This document shows, piece by piece, positions 27,461-37,137 of a stretch of DNA of 64,000 nucleotides. This DNA comes from Thermoanaerobaculia bacterium (lineage in GTDB: Bacteria > Acidobacteriota > Thermoanaerobaculia > Multivoradales > Multivoraceae). The translations under genes and the position numbers were made by a program. Position 1 is the first letter of the stretch, and every line of letters starts with the position of its first letter. The notes below the pieces were generated by a model. It searched no databases. It had not been told where the DNA came from and was given only the letters and a program-made list of their open reading frames with translations. The DNA is taken from positions 2,944,001 through 3,008,000 of the forward strand of contig OY761158.1 of the NCBI GenBank assembly GCA_963664405.1, read 5' to 3'.

Positions 27461-29179
27461 CTAGTTCTCGTCCGGAATCGTGTAAGTTGTTTTGCGTCAG
27501 TGGCTTGCGAGGGAGGCAGGGCTGGTAATTCTCCGCGGAGCTTGATAGAGTCTAGGTGACGAAACCGTTGATTCTAAATAGCTTACGCCGAGAAGGAGCC
27601 AGCCCGAGATGCGACAAGCCGTCAGTATTCAGCCTGATCTCACCGAAAAGTGGCTCGATCTGGACCATGCCAAAGAACTCGAAGCGATCTCTCGCCTCCT
27701 CGACAGGGATCCTAGAATCTACGAGCTTGCGTGGCAAGACCTGCAGCTACAGGCTGGAGGCAAAGGCCAGAGCACCGGGGCGCGAGGCATGTCGGGCGAG
27801 CAGGTGGTCCGGGCCCTGATCGTGAAGCAGATGGGCGGTTTCAGTTATTCGGAGCTCGCCTTCCACCTTGAGGATTCCCGTAGCTACCGGACCTTCTGCC
27901 GCCTCGGCCTCGTCGGGTGGACGCCGAAGAAGTCGACGCTGGCCCAGAACATCAAGGCACTGACGTGCGCCACCCTGGAGGCGATTCACAAGCGAATCGT
28001 GGCCCTGGCACTCGACACGGGAGTGGAGCGAGGCAACAGAGTCCGGGTGGACGCCACCGTGGTGGAGTCCAACATCCATCATCCGACCGACTCCGAGCTG
28101 CTCTGGGATTGCGTTCGGGTGCTTACCCGATTGCTCGCAAGGGCGCGAGGCCTGCTGGGCAGCGAGCACTTCTCGTTCCGCGACCGATCGCGGCAAGCCA
28201 AGAGGCGGCGCAAGAAGATCAACGACCCGCGCACCAAGGATATGCGGCTCCAGCCCTACCGCGACCTGATCCAGATCACCGAGAAAGTCCAAGATTCAGC
28301 CAAGGCGGCCCGGAATGTGCTCGCCAAGCAGGGGCCTTCCCAGGAATCCGGCGCCCGTGGACTCCTCGAGGAGCTCGACTGTTTCCTCGAGCGCACCGCC
28401 ACGGTCATCGACCCGACACGCCGTAGAATTCTCGACGGCGAAACGGTCCCCGCGAGCGAGAAGATCGTCTCGATCTTCGAGGAGCACACCGCGATCATTC
28501 GCAAAGACGCCAGAGAAACGCTCTACGGCCACAAGGTCTGCCTCACCGCCGGCTCCTCGTCCCTTGTCCTGGATCTCGTGATCCTCCAGGGAAACCCGCC
28601 CGACTCCAGCCTCGCCACGACCATGGTCCAGCGCCACATCGCCAACCATAGCCAACCCCCGCGCCAGATCGCCTTCGACGGCGGGTTCGCCTCCAAAGCC
28701 AATCTCGAAGAGATCAAGCAGATGGGAGTGCACGATGTCGTCTTCAGCAAGGGCCGGGGCCTTCAGGTCAGTGACATGGCCCAGAGCTCCTGGGTCTACA
28801 AGCGGCTGCGCGACTTTCGCGCCGGTATCGAAGGCATCATCTCCTTTCTCAAACGCGCCTTTGGACTCAAGCGATGCACTTGGAGATCCTGGCCTTCCTT
28901 CCAGAGCTACGCTTGGGCGAGTGTGATCACCAGCAACCTCCTCGTCACCGCAAGGCACCTCATCAACTGAAATAGGGCATCGCACACCGTTCGATTCACC
29001 CCCAGCACTGCTGGAGAAACGGAGCACCAACCCCGCAATACGCCGTCAAAGCAGCCGAGCCTTCCTGATCCAGCGAACCAGGTACAGAAAACCTGGAATC
29101 GCACGCAACAGGCCTCGAAAAAAAGCTCGATGAGACCCGGACACCACTCTATTTCGTCCGTTTCCGGACACGACACTAG
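27461..29179 (+). mobile_element. insertion sequence copy 1 (ISNCY/IS5-like), CTAG target
   Basis: CTAG-TTCTCGTCCGGAAT ... TTTCCGGACACGACA-CTAG imperfect terminal IRs; duplicated 13681 bp downstream. Confidence 0.9.
27609..28970 (+). CDS. DDE transposase
   Basis: RVDATVVESNIHHPTDS, EKIVSIFE, YGHK, AFDGGF, FRAGIEGIISFLKR. Confidence 0.92.
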   Translation: MRQAVSIQPDLTEKWLDLDHAKELEAISRLLDRDPRIYELAWQDLQLQAGGKGQSTGARGMSGEQVVRALIVKQMGGFSYSELAFHLEDSRSYRTFCRLGLVGWTPKKSTLAQNIKALTCATLEAIHKRIVALALDTGVERGNRVRVDATVVESNIHHPTDSELLWDCVRVLTRLLARARGLLGSEHFSFRDRSRQAKRRRKKINDPRTKDMRLQPYRDLIQITEKVQDSAKAARNVLAKQGPSQESGARGLLEELDCFLERTATVIDPTRRRILDGETVPASEKIVSIFEEHTAIIRKDARETLYGHKVCLTAGSSSLVLDLVILQGNPPDSSLATTMVQRHIANHSQPPRQIAFDGGFASKANLEEIKQMGVHDVVFSKGRGLQVSDMAQSSWVYKRLRDFRAGIEGIISFLKRAFGLKRCTWRSWPSFQSYAWASVITSNLLVTARHLIN

Positions 29180-29363
29180 CCTTTTCAGCGATGTGGCGGA
29201 GGATCTTGGTGACAGCTTGAGGATCAAGGATGAAGGAGATGATCCTCATCTGGGCCCAGGCTCGTCGCAGCCGTCCGACCTCTTCGAGGATCTCCTCCCG
29301 GAGGAGAGCACCGAAGATCGCCGCTCGCTTGGCAGCGCACGAAGGGCAAAAGACCCGGCGACT
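29180..29363 (-). pseudogene. internally deleted IS91-like transposase remnant
   Basis: RVFCPSCAAKRA (zinc-binding region) joined directly to C-terminal RAWAQ-MRIISFILDPQAVTKILRHI. Confidence 0.65.
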
Positions 29364-30202
29364 ATAGGAGATCCACTCCGGGTCTCTTTTTCTCCTCCAG
29401 AGCCCGGTTCGGTAGCCCGCGTCCAGTGCAGTTACCAACACCGCAACGTACACAACCAAACTAAGCCAGATCGGCAGCTCAAGGACGAAGGGAGTGCTCA
29501 AATATCGAAGTCCACTGGGTATCGTCGGCGCGCCTCTCCTCGATGACGCTTGAAGGCCGCAATGCCTGGTTCTAGAGCCATGGGCAAAACAATACCGCAC
29601 GGGCTACAAGCCGGTCCAGTAGAGGGCTGTCGCCAATAGATGCCGGTCGGGGCCGCCGACGCTCGCAGAGCTTGAAGCCGGGCGTCGGACCGACCTGCCC
29701 ACGCTAGCTACTCGACCACGCTTCAGTGGGCGGGGACGAGGCACTTCAGCTTCTCGGTCACCTTGTCACCGAGATTCTCTCCTTTCTCAGCGAGCATACC
29801 GCCCGACCGTATTTCGGACGACACCCGTGGTCGCGCGCCATGCACCAAAGCGTCGGTGATGCGATGTATGCTCGCCACTTCATGACTTGTCCACCACTCC
29901 CCAGGCTGCTGCGGCTGAGCACAACCGCAGTTGGCCTCTCGCTCGCGCTCGGCTGGGTATGGCAGGCACAGCTCTATCAGCCGCCTACGCACATCCCGGT
30001 AGACATCGTCTACCAGTACCGGCGCCAGTACACCCCGGGTCAGATCCAACCCGGATGGCGGCTGTTGTCGGTCGGGCGTCGCGCCGAGATACGCTGAAAG
30101 CGTGGCGGCGAGCTGCTTATCCTCGAGCCCGGTAGAATGCTGAGAGAGCTCAACCTGCGACTCTCACAGCGGATCGTGGCCCTACGCGGTCGAGGACTGA
30201 GC

Positions 30203-31708
30203 ATGGCCGAGCAGGAAGCGGTCGAGGGGATCCATCTCCGCCGCATCGGACCCAAAGAGGCGCTTCTGGTCAGCGCGCTCACTGCCATCGCTCTTGCTCT
30301 GCGCCTTCCGGGTCTCGACAGCGGTCTATGGCTCGACGAGATCCTCTCTCTGCTCGAGTCCTATCGTATGCCCCTTGGCACCGTGGTGAAGGTCTTCCCC
30401 GGCGACACGCAACACCCGCTCTATGCCGTCTCCACGAACATCAGCGTGATGGCGTTCGGCGAGGCCAACTGGGTCCTCCGTCTGCCAGCCCTCCTCTTCG
30501 GCGTCGCTACCGTCCCGCTGCTCTACATCTTCGCCAGAGCCGTGACCAGCCGACGGGAGGCCGCCTTCGCCTCCATCCTGCTGACCGTGTCCTACCACCA
30601 CGTGTGGTTCTCCCAGAACGCCAGGGGTTACACCATGCTCGCGTTCTGGACGCTGCTCTGCAGTCTGCTGCTGTGGCACGGACTCGACGCCGGAAGCTGG
30701 CCGATCTGGGCCGGCTACGGTACCGCCGCGGCCTTCGGAATGTATACCCACCTCACCATGGTCTTCGTCGTCGCCAGCCACGCTCTCGTTGCCCTCTTCG
30801 TTCCGGCGCGCTCGGATGTTGGTGGTGGTTTCAGCCGGAGGGGCCCTGTTCTGGGCCTCGCTCTCGCCGGCTTGCTCTCGCTCCTCCTCTACTCCCCGAT
30901 GATCACCCAGGTTCTCGACTTCTTCTTGAACCAACCCTCCGATATGACATCCCTCTCGACCCCGGGTTGGGCTCTCGCAGAGGCGGTGCGGGTCCTCGAG
31001 AGCGGGCTGGGAATCTCGGCCCTCGTGGTCGCCGTCGCCACCGGGCTCTGGGGGGTGGCGAGCTACGCCCGCAGCAATCGACTGGCACTCTCTCTCTATC
31101 TCCTGCCTGCCCTTCTTCTCGCCGCCGGATCCATGCTCGGTCGCGGGACGCTCTACCCCCGCTTCTTCTTCGCGCTTGCCGGCTTCGGCATTCTCATCAC
31201 CGTTCGTGGCATCGCTGATCTCGGCGGATGGCTCGGCGAGGGCGTGGCCTCACGGAGCCACCATCGACGAGTGGGCGACACTGTGGCAACGGCACTTCTC
31301 GTCGGATTGGTCGTCGCCTCCGCCATCAGCCTGCCGCGCAACTACCTCCTGCCGAAGCAGGATTTCGAGGGAGCAGCACGCTGGGTAACGCGCAACGCAC
31401 TCTCGACCGACATCATCATCACCGCCGGCGTGGCGATCGTGCCCTATCGCGACTACCTCTCGAAGCCATGGATCTTCCTCGGGCACGGCGAGGGACATCG
31501 CGTACAAGAGCTGCGCGAAGCAGGCCACCGCGTCTGGGTGATCTACACCCTCCCGCGCTATCTGCGCAGATCTCATCCACGACTCTGGGACCTCCTCGAA
31601 GAAGGATGCAGCGACGAGAGACGTTTCAGAGGTACGCTGGGTGGCGGCGACATCGTCGTCTGCACCCTCGAGCCACTGAGCCTGCCAGGTGAGCCCCTCA
31701 CGCCATAG
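30203..31708 (+). CDS. GT-C fold membrane glycosyltransferase (GT39/PMT-like)
   Basis: LWLDE, HPLY, LRLPALLFG, SQNARGY, YTH; many TM segments. Confidence 0.8.
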   Translation: MAEQEAVEGIHLRRIGPKEALLVSALTAIALALRLPGLDSGLWLDEILSLLESYRMPLGTVVKVFPGDTQHPLYAVSTNISVMAFGEANWVLRLPALLFGVATVPLLYIFARAVTSRREAAFASILLTVSYHHVWFSQNARGYTMLAFWTLLCSLLLWHGLDAGSWPIWAGYGTAAAFGMYTHLTMVFVVASHALVALFVPARSDVGGGFSRRGPVLGLALAGLLSLLLYSPMITQVLDFFLNQPSDMTSLSTPGWALAEAVRVLESGLGISALVVAVATGLWGVASYARSNRLALSLYLLPALLLAAGSMLGRGTLYPRFFFALAGFGILITVRGIADLGGWLGEGVASRSHHRRVGDTVATALLVGLVVASAISLPRNYLLPKQDFEGAARWVTRNALSTDIIITAGVAIVPYRDYLSKPWIFLGHGEGHRVQELREAGHRVWVIYTLPRYLRRSHPRLWDLLEEGCSDERRFRGTLGGGDIVVCTLEPLSLPGEPLTP

Positions 31709-31840
31709 AGAAGAGAAGCGCCTGGGGCCGAAAGCCCGACCCGCGCTGCGCCTGGGCGCGAGCGCCGCGGTCCCGGCTGCGCTCATCGCCGCTGTGCCAC
31801 GGGCGGAGCTCGCATTGCACCCGCCTCGAGAGGTCGGTGG

Positions 31841-32881
31841 ATGAGGCCTCGCTCCTTCGCCAAGCCGGGCCTCGTCATTCTGAGTCTCGTCCTTGTCTTT
31901 ACCATCTGCGAGCTCAGTCTGCGCAGTTGGGACGCCTTCAAGGCACGCCGCGGAGAAATGTGGGCGCTCTACGACGAGGAGCTCGGCTATCGTCTCAACC
32001 CCGCTTTCGGCGACATCAGCGACGACGGCCTGCGCGATCACCCGGTTGGCGCCAAGGCTGGAAGATTCAGGATCCTCATGCTCGGTGACTCCATTGCCTA
32101 CAACGGCGATCACATCGACGACACCTGGGTGGGACAACTACGCCTCGATCCGCGCATGCAGGGCAAGAACCTCGACGTCGTCAACGCCGCGGTACGCGGA
32201 TACACCAACTACCAAGAGCTTCTCTACCTGAAGCGGGACGGTCTACGCCTGAGGCCGGACTTGGTCGGCATCGGCTTCGTGCTCAACGATCTACACCGAT
32301 TCCTCACTGTGTTCCAAGTCGAGGACGGCAAGATCGTCCGCCATGCCTATGACTTCTCGCCGGACGCAGTCAATGCCACCGGCAGCGCGCTCTACCGGAC
32401 TCTTCGCAAGAGCGTCTTCTTGGTGTGGCTGCGCCGGCGCCTGGAGGTCGTCGAGGCAAGTACGTTCCTGTCGGCAGGCCAAGGCTACTCCTTCGACTAT
32501 CGGCCCGACTTTCTCACCGCCTGGCAGAACGAGCCCTGGCTTGACATCGAGGAGCAGCTCGCCGAAATGAGCGCGCTCGGCCGGACCCACGGCTTCGGCC
32601 TGTTCCTCGTCGCCTTCCCCTTTGGCGATCAGTACGACGAGCACTACCTGAAGCGCGACCGCAAATACGTGCTGAAGCCACAGATCCGTCTTGCGGAGAT
32701 CTGCATCCGCCATGCAATCCCAATGCTCGACCTCTACACGAAGCTCGACCCTGAGCAGCATCTGCAAAAGGACAAGATCCACCTGAACGCGAAAGGGCGC
32801 GGTTTCGTCGCAGATACTGTCGCCGAGTTCCTCCTCGGAAGCGGTCTACTGCCGACCCCAGGAGGCGATACCGCGCCGTAG
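31841..32881 (+). CDS. SGNH/GDSL hydrolase (polysaccharide acyl-modifying type)
   Basis: LGDS, NAAVRGY, LND, DKIHLN; N-terminal anchor. Confidence 0.8.
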   Translation: MRPRSFAKPGLVILSLVLVFTICELSLRSWDAFKARRGEMWALYDEELGYRLNPAFGDISDDGLRDHPVGAKAGRFRILMLGDSIAYNGDHIDDTWVGQLRLDPRMQGKNLDVVNAAVRGYTNYQELLYLKRDGLRLRPDLVGIGFVLNDLHRFLTVFQVEDGKIVRHAYDFSPDAVNATGSALYRTLRKSVFLVWLRRRLEVVEASTFLSAGQGYSFDYRPDFLTAWQNEPWLDIEEQLAEMSALGRTHGFGLFLVAFPFGDQYDEHYLKRDRKYVLKPQIRLAEICIRHAIPMLDLYTKLDPEQHLQKDKIHLNAKGRGFVADTVAEFLLGSGLLPTPGGDTAP

Positions 32882-33033
32882 CCAGCCCCAGCGCAGATAA
32901 AGCGCAGGTAATAGGCGTCGACTCTGGGCACAGCTGCGCGGAGAAAGGGCGCTTGCGCTCTGCTAGACTCGATCGGTTCTTTCCCCTTCGCGCGCCGGGC
33001 GAGTGGCGAGCAAGAACCGGAGCTCCTGAGCCC

Positions 33034-33789
33034 ATGGCAGACATGAACCACGATGAGATCTTCTCCGGGACGGTAGCCAGGGCCAGCGACTTCGAGTTCA
33101 ACGAGGAAGTCGCGCAGGTCTTTGACGACATGCTCGCTAGAAGCATCCCCTTCTACCTCGAGCAACAGGGCCTGATCCAGGAAATCGCGCGCAGGTTCTG
33201 GGTGCCAGGCACGCGTGTCTACGATCTGGGGTGCTCCACCGCCACGACTCTCAGTCTTCTCGCCAAGACCCTCGGTGCCAAAGCGCGACTCGTGGGCTAC
33301 GATAGTTCACCGCCCATGCTCGAGAAGGCCCGTGAGAAGGTCGACGCTGCCGGCGTCGGCAAGCAGATCGACCTGCACTTCGGTGACCTTAACGGAGACC
33401 TGTCCAGCCTCGAGCTCGAAAACGCGAGCGTCGTCACCCTGTGCTGGACCCTCCAATTCGTACGGCCGCTGCAGCGGGATCGTCTGATCCGCTGGATCTA
33501 CGACGGCCTCGTCGACGGCGGCGTGCTCATCGCCTGCGAGAAGATCCTCACCAACGATTCCAATATGAACCGCTTCTTCATCGAGTTCTACTACGACTAC
33601 AAGAAGCGCAACGGCTACAGCGACGACGAGATCCTGCGCAAGCGCGAGTCGCTGGAGAACGTTCTCGTGCCCTATCGTGTCGACGAGAATTTCGACCTGT
33701 TCCGGCGCAACGGCTTCGCCACTGCCGAGACCTTCTTCCAGTGGTACAACTTCGCCGGCTTCCTCTGCGTCAAGCGCGGCGCACCCTAG
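33034..33789 (+). CDS. cmoA: carboxy-S-adenosyl-L-methionine synthase, CmoA-like
   Basis: FEFNEEVAQVFDDMLARSIPFY, VYDLGCST, TLQFV, EK, KRESLENVL, QWYNF. Confidence 0.8.
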   Translation: MADMNHDEIFSGTVARASDFEFNEEVAQVFDDMLARSIPFYLEQQGLIQEIARRFWVPGTRVYDLGCSTATTLSLLAKTLGAKARLVGYDSSPPMLEKAREKVDAAGVGKQIDLHFGDLNGDLSSLELENASVVTLCWTLQFVRPLQRDRLIRWIYDGLVDGGVLIACEKILTNDSNMNRFFIEFYYDYKKRNGYSDDEILRKRESLENVLVPYRVDENFDLFRRNGFATAETFFQWYNFAGFLCVKRGAP

Positions 33790-33800
33790 AAGAAGCCGCG

Positions 33801-34604
33801 GTGAAGCTCCGCGACCGCGCCATCGAGGCCGCCAAGGCCCACCTTCCTGCCGCTCTCCGCGATCGCGTCGTTCGACTGCAGAGACGCTTTGGCCTGCAGT
33901 GGCCCCGGACCGGTAGCGTTCGCTTCGGTAGCTTCCGACGTACCTCCCCTATCAGCCCGATCTTCGGCCTGGATCGCGGTCCACCCATCGACAGGTACTA
34001 CATCGAGAGCTTCCTTGCCGCCCACGCGGAGGACATCCGCGGCCGAGCCCTCGAGATGGGGGACGCCTTCTACATCAAGAAATTCGGCGGGCCGAAGGTC
34101 GAGAGAGTCGACGTGCTCCACCTCGTCGAAGGCAACCCAGAGGCGACCCTGGTGGCCGACCTCAGCCGCGCTGACCACCTCGCCTCCGATGCTTTCGATT
34201 GCATCATCTTCACCCAATCGCTGCAGATGATCTACGACATGCGAGCGGCGATGCGCCACCTCCACCGCATGCTCAAACCCGGCGGTGTGCTTCTGCTCAC
34301 CTCCCACGGCACCAGTAAGATCGGTCGCCGACTCGGACGCGACGACTGGGGAGAATACTGGCGCATCACCGTCCAGGGAGCGCAAGCGCTGCTGGCCGAG
34401 ACCTTTCCCGAGGCCGAAGTAGAGGTCAGCTCACACGGCAACGTACTCGCGGCTGTGAGCTTCCTTCACGGTCTTTCCGCCAACGAGCTCACCCCGGCCG
34501 AGCTCGACCACTCCGACCCGGACTTCGAGATCGTGGTGACGGCGAGGGCCGTAAAGAGGAGCCGTCAAGGGGTTGTCAGCAGCCAGCGGGCGGCGACACA
34601 ATAG
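33801..34604 (+). CDS. class I SAM-dependent methyltransferase-fold protein
   Basis: FGLDRGPPIDRYYIE, ALEMGD, FDCIIFTQSL, LKPGGVLL, YWR. Confidence 0.8.
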   Translation: MKLRDRAIEAAKAHLPAALRDRVVRLQRRFGLQWPRTGSVRFGSFRRTSPISPIFGLDRGPPIDRYYIESFLAAHAEDIRGRALEMGDAFYIKKFGGPKVERVDVLHLVEGNPEATLVADLSRADHLASDAFDCIIFTQSLQMIYDMRAAMRHLHRMLKPGGVLLLTSHGTSKIGRRLGRDDWGEYWRITVQGAQALLAETFPEAEVEVSSHGNVLAAVSFLHGLSANELTPAELDHSDPDFEIVVTARAVKRSRQGVVSSQRAATQ

Positions 34605-34632
34605 GCGACCATCAGCAGGAGGCATTACTTGT

Positions 34633-35280
34633 ATGCACGAGCTAGACGCACTATTCAAGACGGAGACCGCTCCCGTTCAGGGCGAGCCCTTTCCCCACAT
34701 CGTCGTCGACGACTACTTTCGCGCCGACTTCTTCCACGATCTCAAGGAGCAGTTCCCTCAGATCCCCGCCAACGACCGGCCCAAGAACTGGGCCCGCTCA
34801 CTCTATTGGGGCGATTCCACCTACGAAGAGACCCTCTCCGCACGCCCCGCATGGCAGCAGCTCTTCGACGCCGTGCACAGCCAAGCTTTCGTGGACTACG
34901 TGCTGCGTCAATTCAAGGACCTCTGGCACAGCGAGGGCTGCACCATTTCGCTAGAGGACGCCCGATTCATCTCCTTCTGCGAGACCCGGAAGGACAAGGA
35001 GCAGAAGCACCTCACCGAGGGCGAGCACGAGCCCCACGAGATTTGGTCGAGACTCGACCTCTACCAGGCGTGGCCCGGCTACCGGCGAACGGCTCACCTC
35101 GACCATCGACGTCGTCTGATCTCGATGCTGGTCTATTTCGACGACCAGAAAGAGATCAAGATGAGCGGCGGGGAGCTGACTCTCCATACATCCAGCCTCG
35201 ATCTGGAGCTGCTCGAGCGGCTCGGTGCCTATCAGGCTCCCTGGGCCCTCTCCGAGGCACGCTCCCTCTGGTCGAAATTC
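34633..35280 (+). pseudogene. 2OG-Fe(II) oxygenase, 3'-truncated
   Basis: EPFPHIVVDDYF, HLD, LISMLVYF..GGEL; lacks the distal His/Arg strands and runs into unrelated sequence. Confidence 0.6.
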
Positions 35281-35824
35281 TCCAACGTCTCCAACACCGG
35301 CTGCCCGACCTTGTGGCGTCTCACCCCGGAGCACTGCAAGAGCATTCCGCGAAGGAAGGGGGCACGGGTCGTCACCACTCTCAACTAGCTATCTTCCCGA
35401 TCCTGCCGCCGATCTCCGCATGCTCGAGATACTCGCTGCCTCTTACGAGCAGGTTCGGCTCTGGATTCAGACCCCGGCGGACCTGGACTACTCACGCAGC
35501 CTCGTCGCGGGACTTTCCTACCTCGACCCCAGTGTAGAGGCTCTCGACCGCGAGCTCGCCAACGACAATGACCTCGACTACGTCGGCGTCCGTCTGCACG
35601 CCGGCATCAGGGCACTCCAGCACGGGCGCCGAGCGCTGATCCTCGCGATCGATAATCGCGCCACGATGGTGGGTCGGGACTTCGGTTTTCCGACCGTCCC
35701 CCGTCACGCTTTCGAGCAGATCAGCAACCGTATCCACAGCGACCCGCCGTTGCAGCTCCAACTCCCCCTACGATGCCATCGAAGAATGGCGGGCACATAT
35801 CCGAGGCCTCGAGGACAAAGTTGA
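35278..35824 (+). pseudogene. polysaccharide pyruvyl transferase fragment (5'-truncated, frameshift near 35385)
   Basis: NTGCPTLWRLTPEHC..IP in one frame, then YVGVRLHAGIRALQHG..IDNRA in another. Confidence 0.65.
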
Positions 35825-37137
35825 TGGCTGAGAGGCTCGAGGTCGCGCTTGTCACTACCTTCTATCCTCCCCACCACTTCGGCGGGGACGCGTTGTTCGT
35901 ACGGGCCCTAGCGCACACTCTCGCCCGCCAGGGTCATCACGTCGACGTTATCTATGACGTCGATGTGTTTCGCTCGCTGAGCGGCAGCCCAGACCTTGAG
36001 CCTCTGCCCGAGCCCCCAGGTGTACGCGTCCACCGTCTCAACAGTCGCTTCGGACGCCTCTCGGTCCTTGCTACCCAGCAAGTGGGCCGCCCCGTCTTTC
36101 AAGGCCGCCGCATCCGCCAGATCCTCGAGGGGCAGCACTTCGACGTCATCCACTTTCACAACATATCCCTGCTCGGCGGCCCTTCCGTGCTCGCCTACGG
36201 TCACGGAATCAAGCTCTACACCACGCACGAGCACTGGCTCGTATGCCCGACCCATGTGTTGTGGCGGCACAATAGAGAGCTCTGTACTGAAAGAGAATGC
36301 CTGCGCTGCGTCATTCGCCACCGTCGGCCTCCCCAGCTGTGGAGATGGACCGGTCTCATCGAAAGAGCGGGGCAACACGTCGATGCCTTCTGCGCCCCCA
36401 CGCGCTTCACCGCGCGGAAGCACCGAGAGCTCGGCTTCCCTTTCGACATGGAGATCTTTCCCCATTTCCTCCCGAGCGCCGGGGGGGAAGAAGGAGTGGA
36501 GCCCGAGCCAGCTGAGAGTGGAATCGACTCTCCGTACTTTCTCTTCGCCGGGCGCCTCGAGGAGCTCAAGGGCCTGCAGGACGTGCTTCCCCACTTCACC
36601 GCCAGCTCCCCAGCTGAGCTGTTGATCGCGGGCTCCGGCAGTTACGAGCCTCGGCTGCGAGAACTGGCTGGAAGGCTGCCGCGGGTGCGATTTCTCGGAA
36701 ACTTGCCCTCACAGCGCATGCCGGCTCTGATCAGAGGAGCCCTGGCACTGGTCATGCCTTCTCTGTGTTTCGAGGTCTTTCCACTCGTCGTTCTGGAGGC
36801 CTTCCGCGAGGGCGTACCGGTCATCGCACGCCGCCTCGGCCCGCTACCGGAGCTTCTCGAGGAGGCCAACGGCGGCTTGTTGTTCGAGAACGCGGCAGAG
36901 CTGAAGCAAGCGCTCGACCGCCTCGCCGCCGACACCACCGAACGGCAGTGCCTCGGGGAGGCCGGCAGGAGGGCGTTTCTTCGCCTCTGGAGCGAGAAGG
37001 CCTTCCTCGAGCGCTACTACTCACTGGTCGAGCGCTTCGCCCGCCAGAGAGGAGCCCGCCTCACCCTAGAACGTCTTGCCGCCACTAGGGACCTCCGTGA
37101 CACCATGCCTGCCGTGGCTGACGAGACCACCCGGTGA
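35824..37137 (+). CDS. GT4 glycosyltransferase
   Basis: FYPPHHFGG, HFHN, FAGRLEELKG, PSLCFEVFPLVVLEA. Confidence 0.88.
   Translation: MAERLEVALVTTFYPPHHFGGDALFVRALAHTLARQGHHVDVIYDVDVFRSLSGSPDLEPLPEPPGVRVHRLNSRFGRLSVLATQQVGRPVFQGRRIRQILEGQHFDVIHFHNISLLGGPSVLAYGHGIKLYTTHEHWLVCPTHVLWRHNRELCTERECLRCVIRHRRPPQLWRWTGLIERAGQHVDAFCAPTRFTARKHRELGFPFDMEIFPHFLPSAGGEEGVEPEPAESGIDSPYFLFAGRLEELKGLQDVLPHFTASSPAELLIAGSGSYEPRLRELAGRLPRVRFLGNLPSQRMPALIRGALALVMPSLCFEVFPLVVLEAFREGVPVIARRLGPLPELLEEANGGLLFENAAELKQALDRLAADTTERQCLGEAGRRAFLRLWSEKAFLERYYSLVERFARQRGARLTLERLAATRDLRDTMPAVADETTR

Noticed and set aside
29600-30135. Short ORFs upstream of the GT-C gene
   Set aside because: No recognisable motifs, and conflicting frames on both strands
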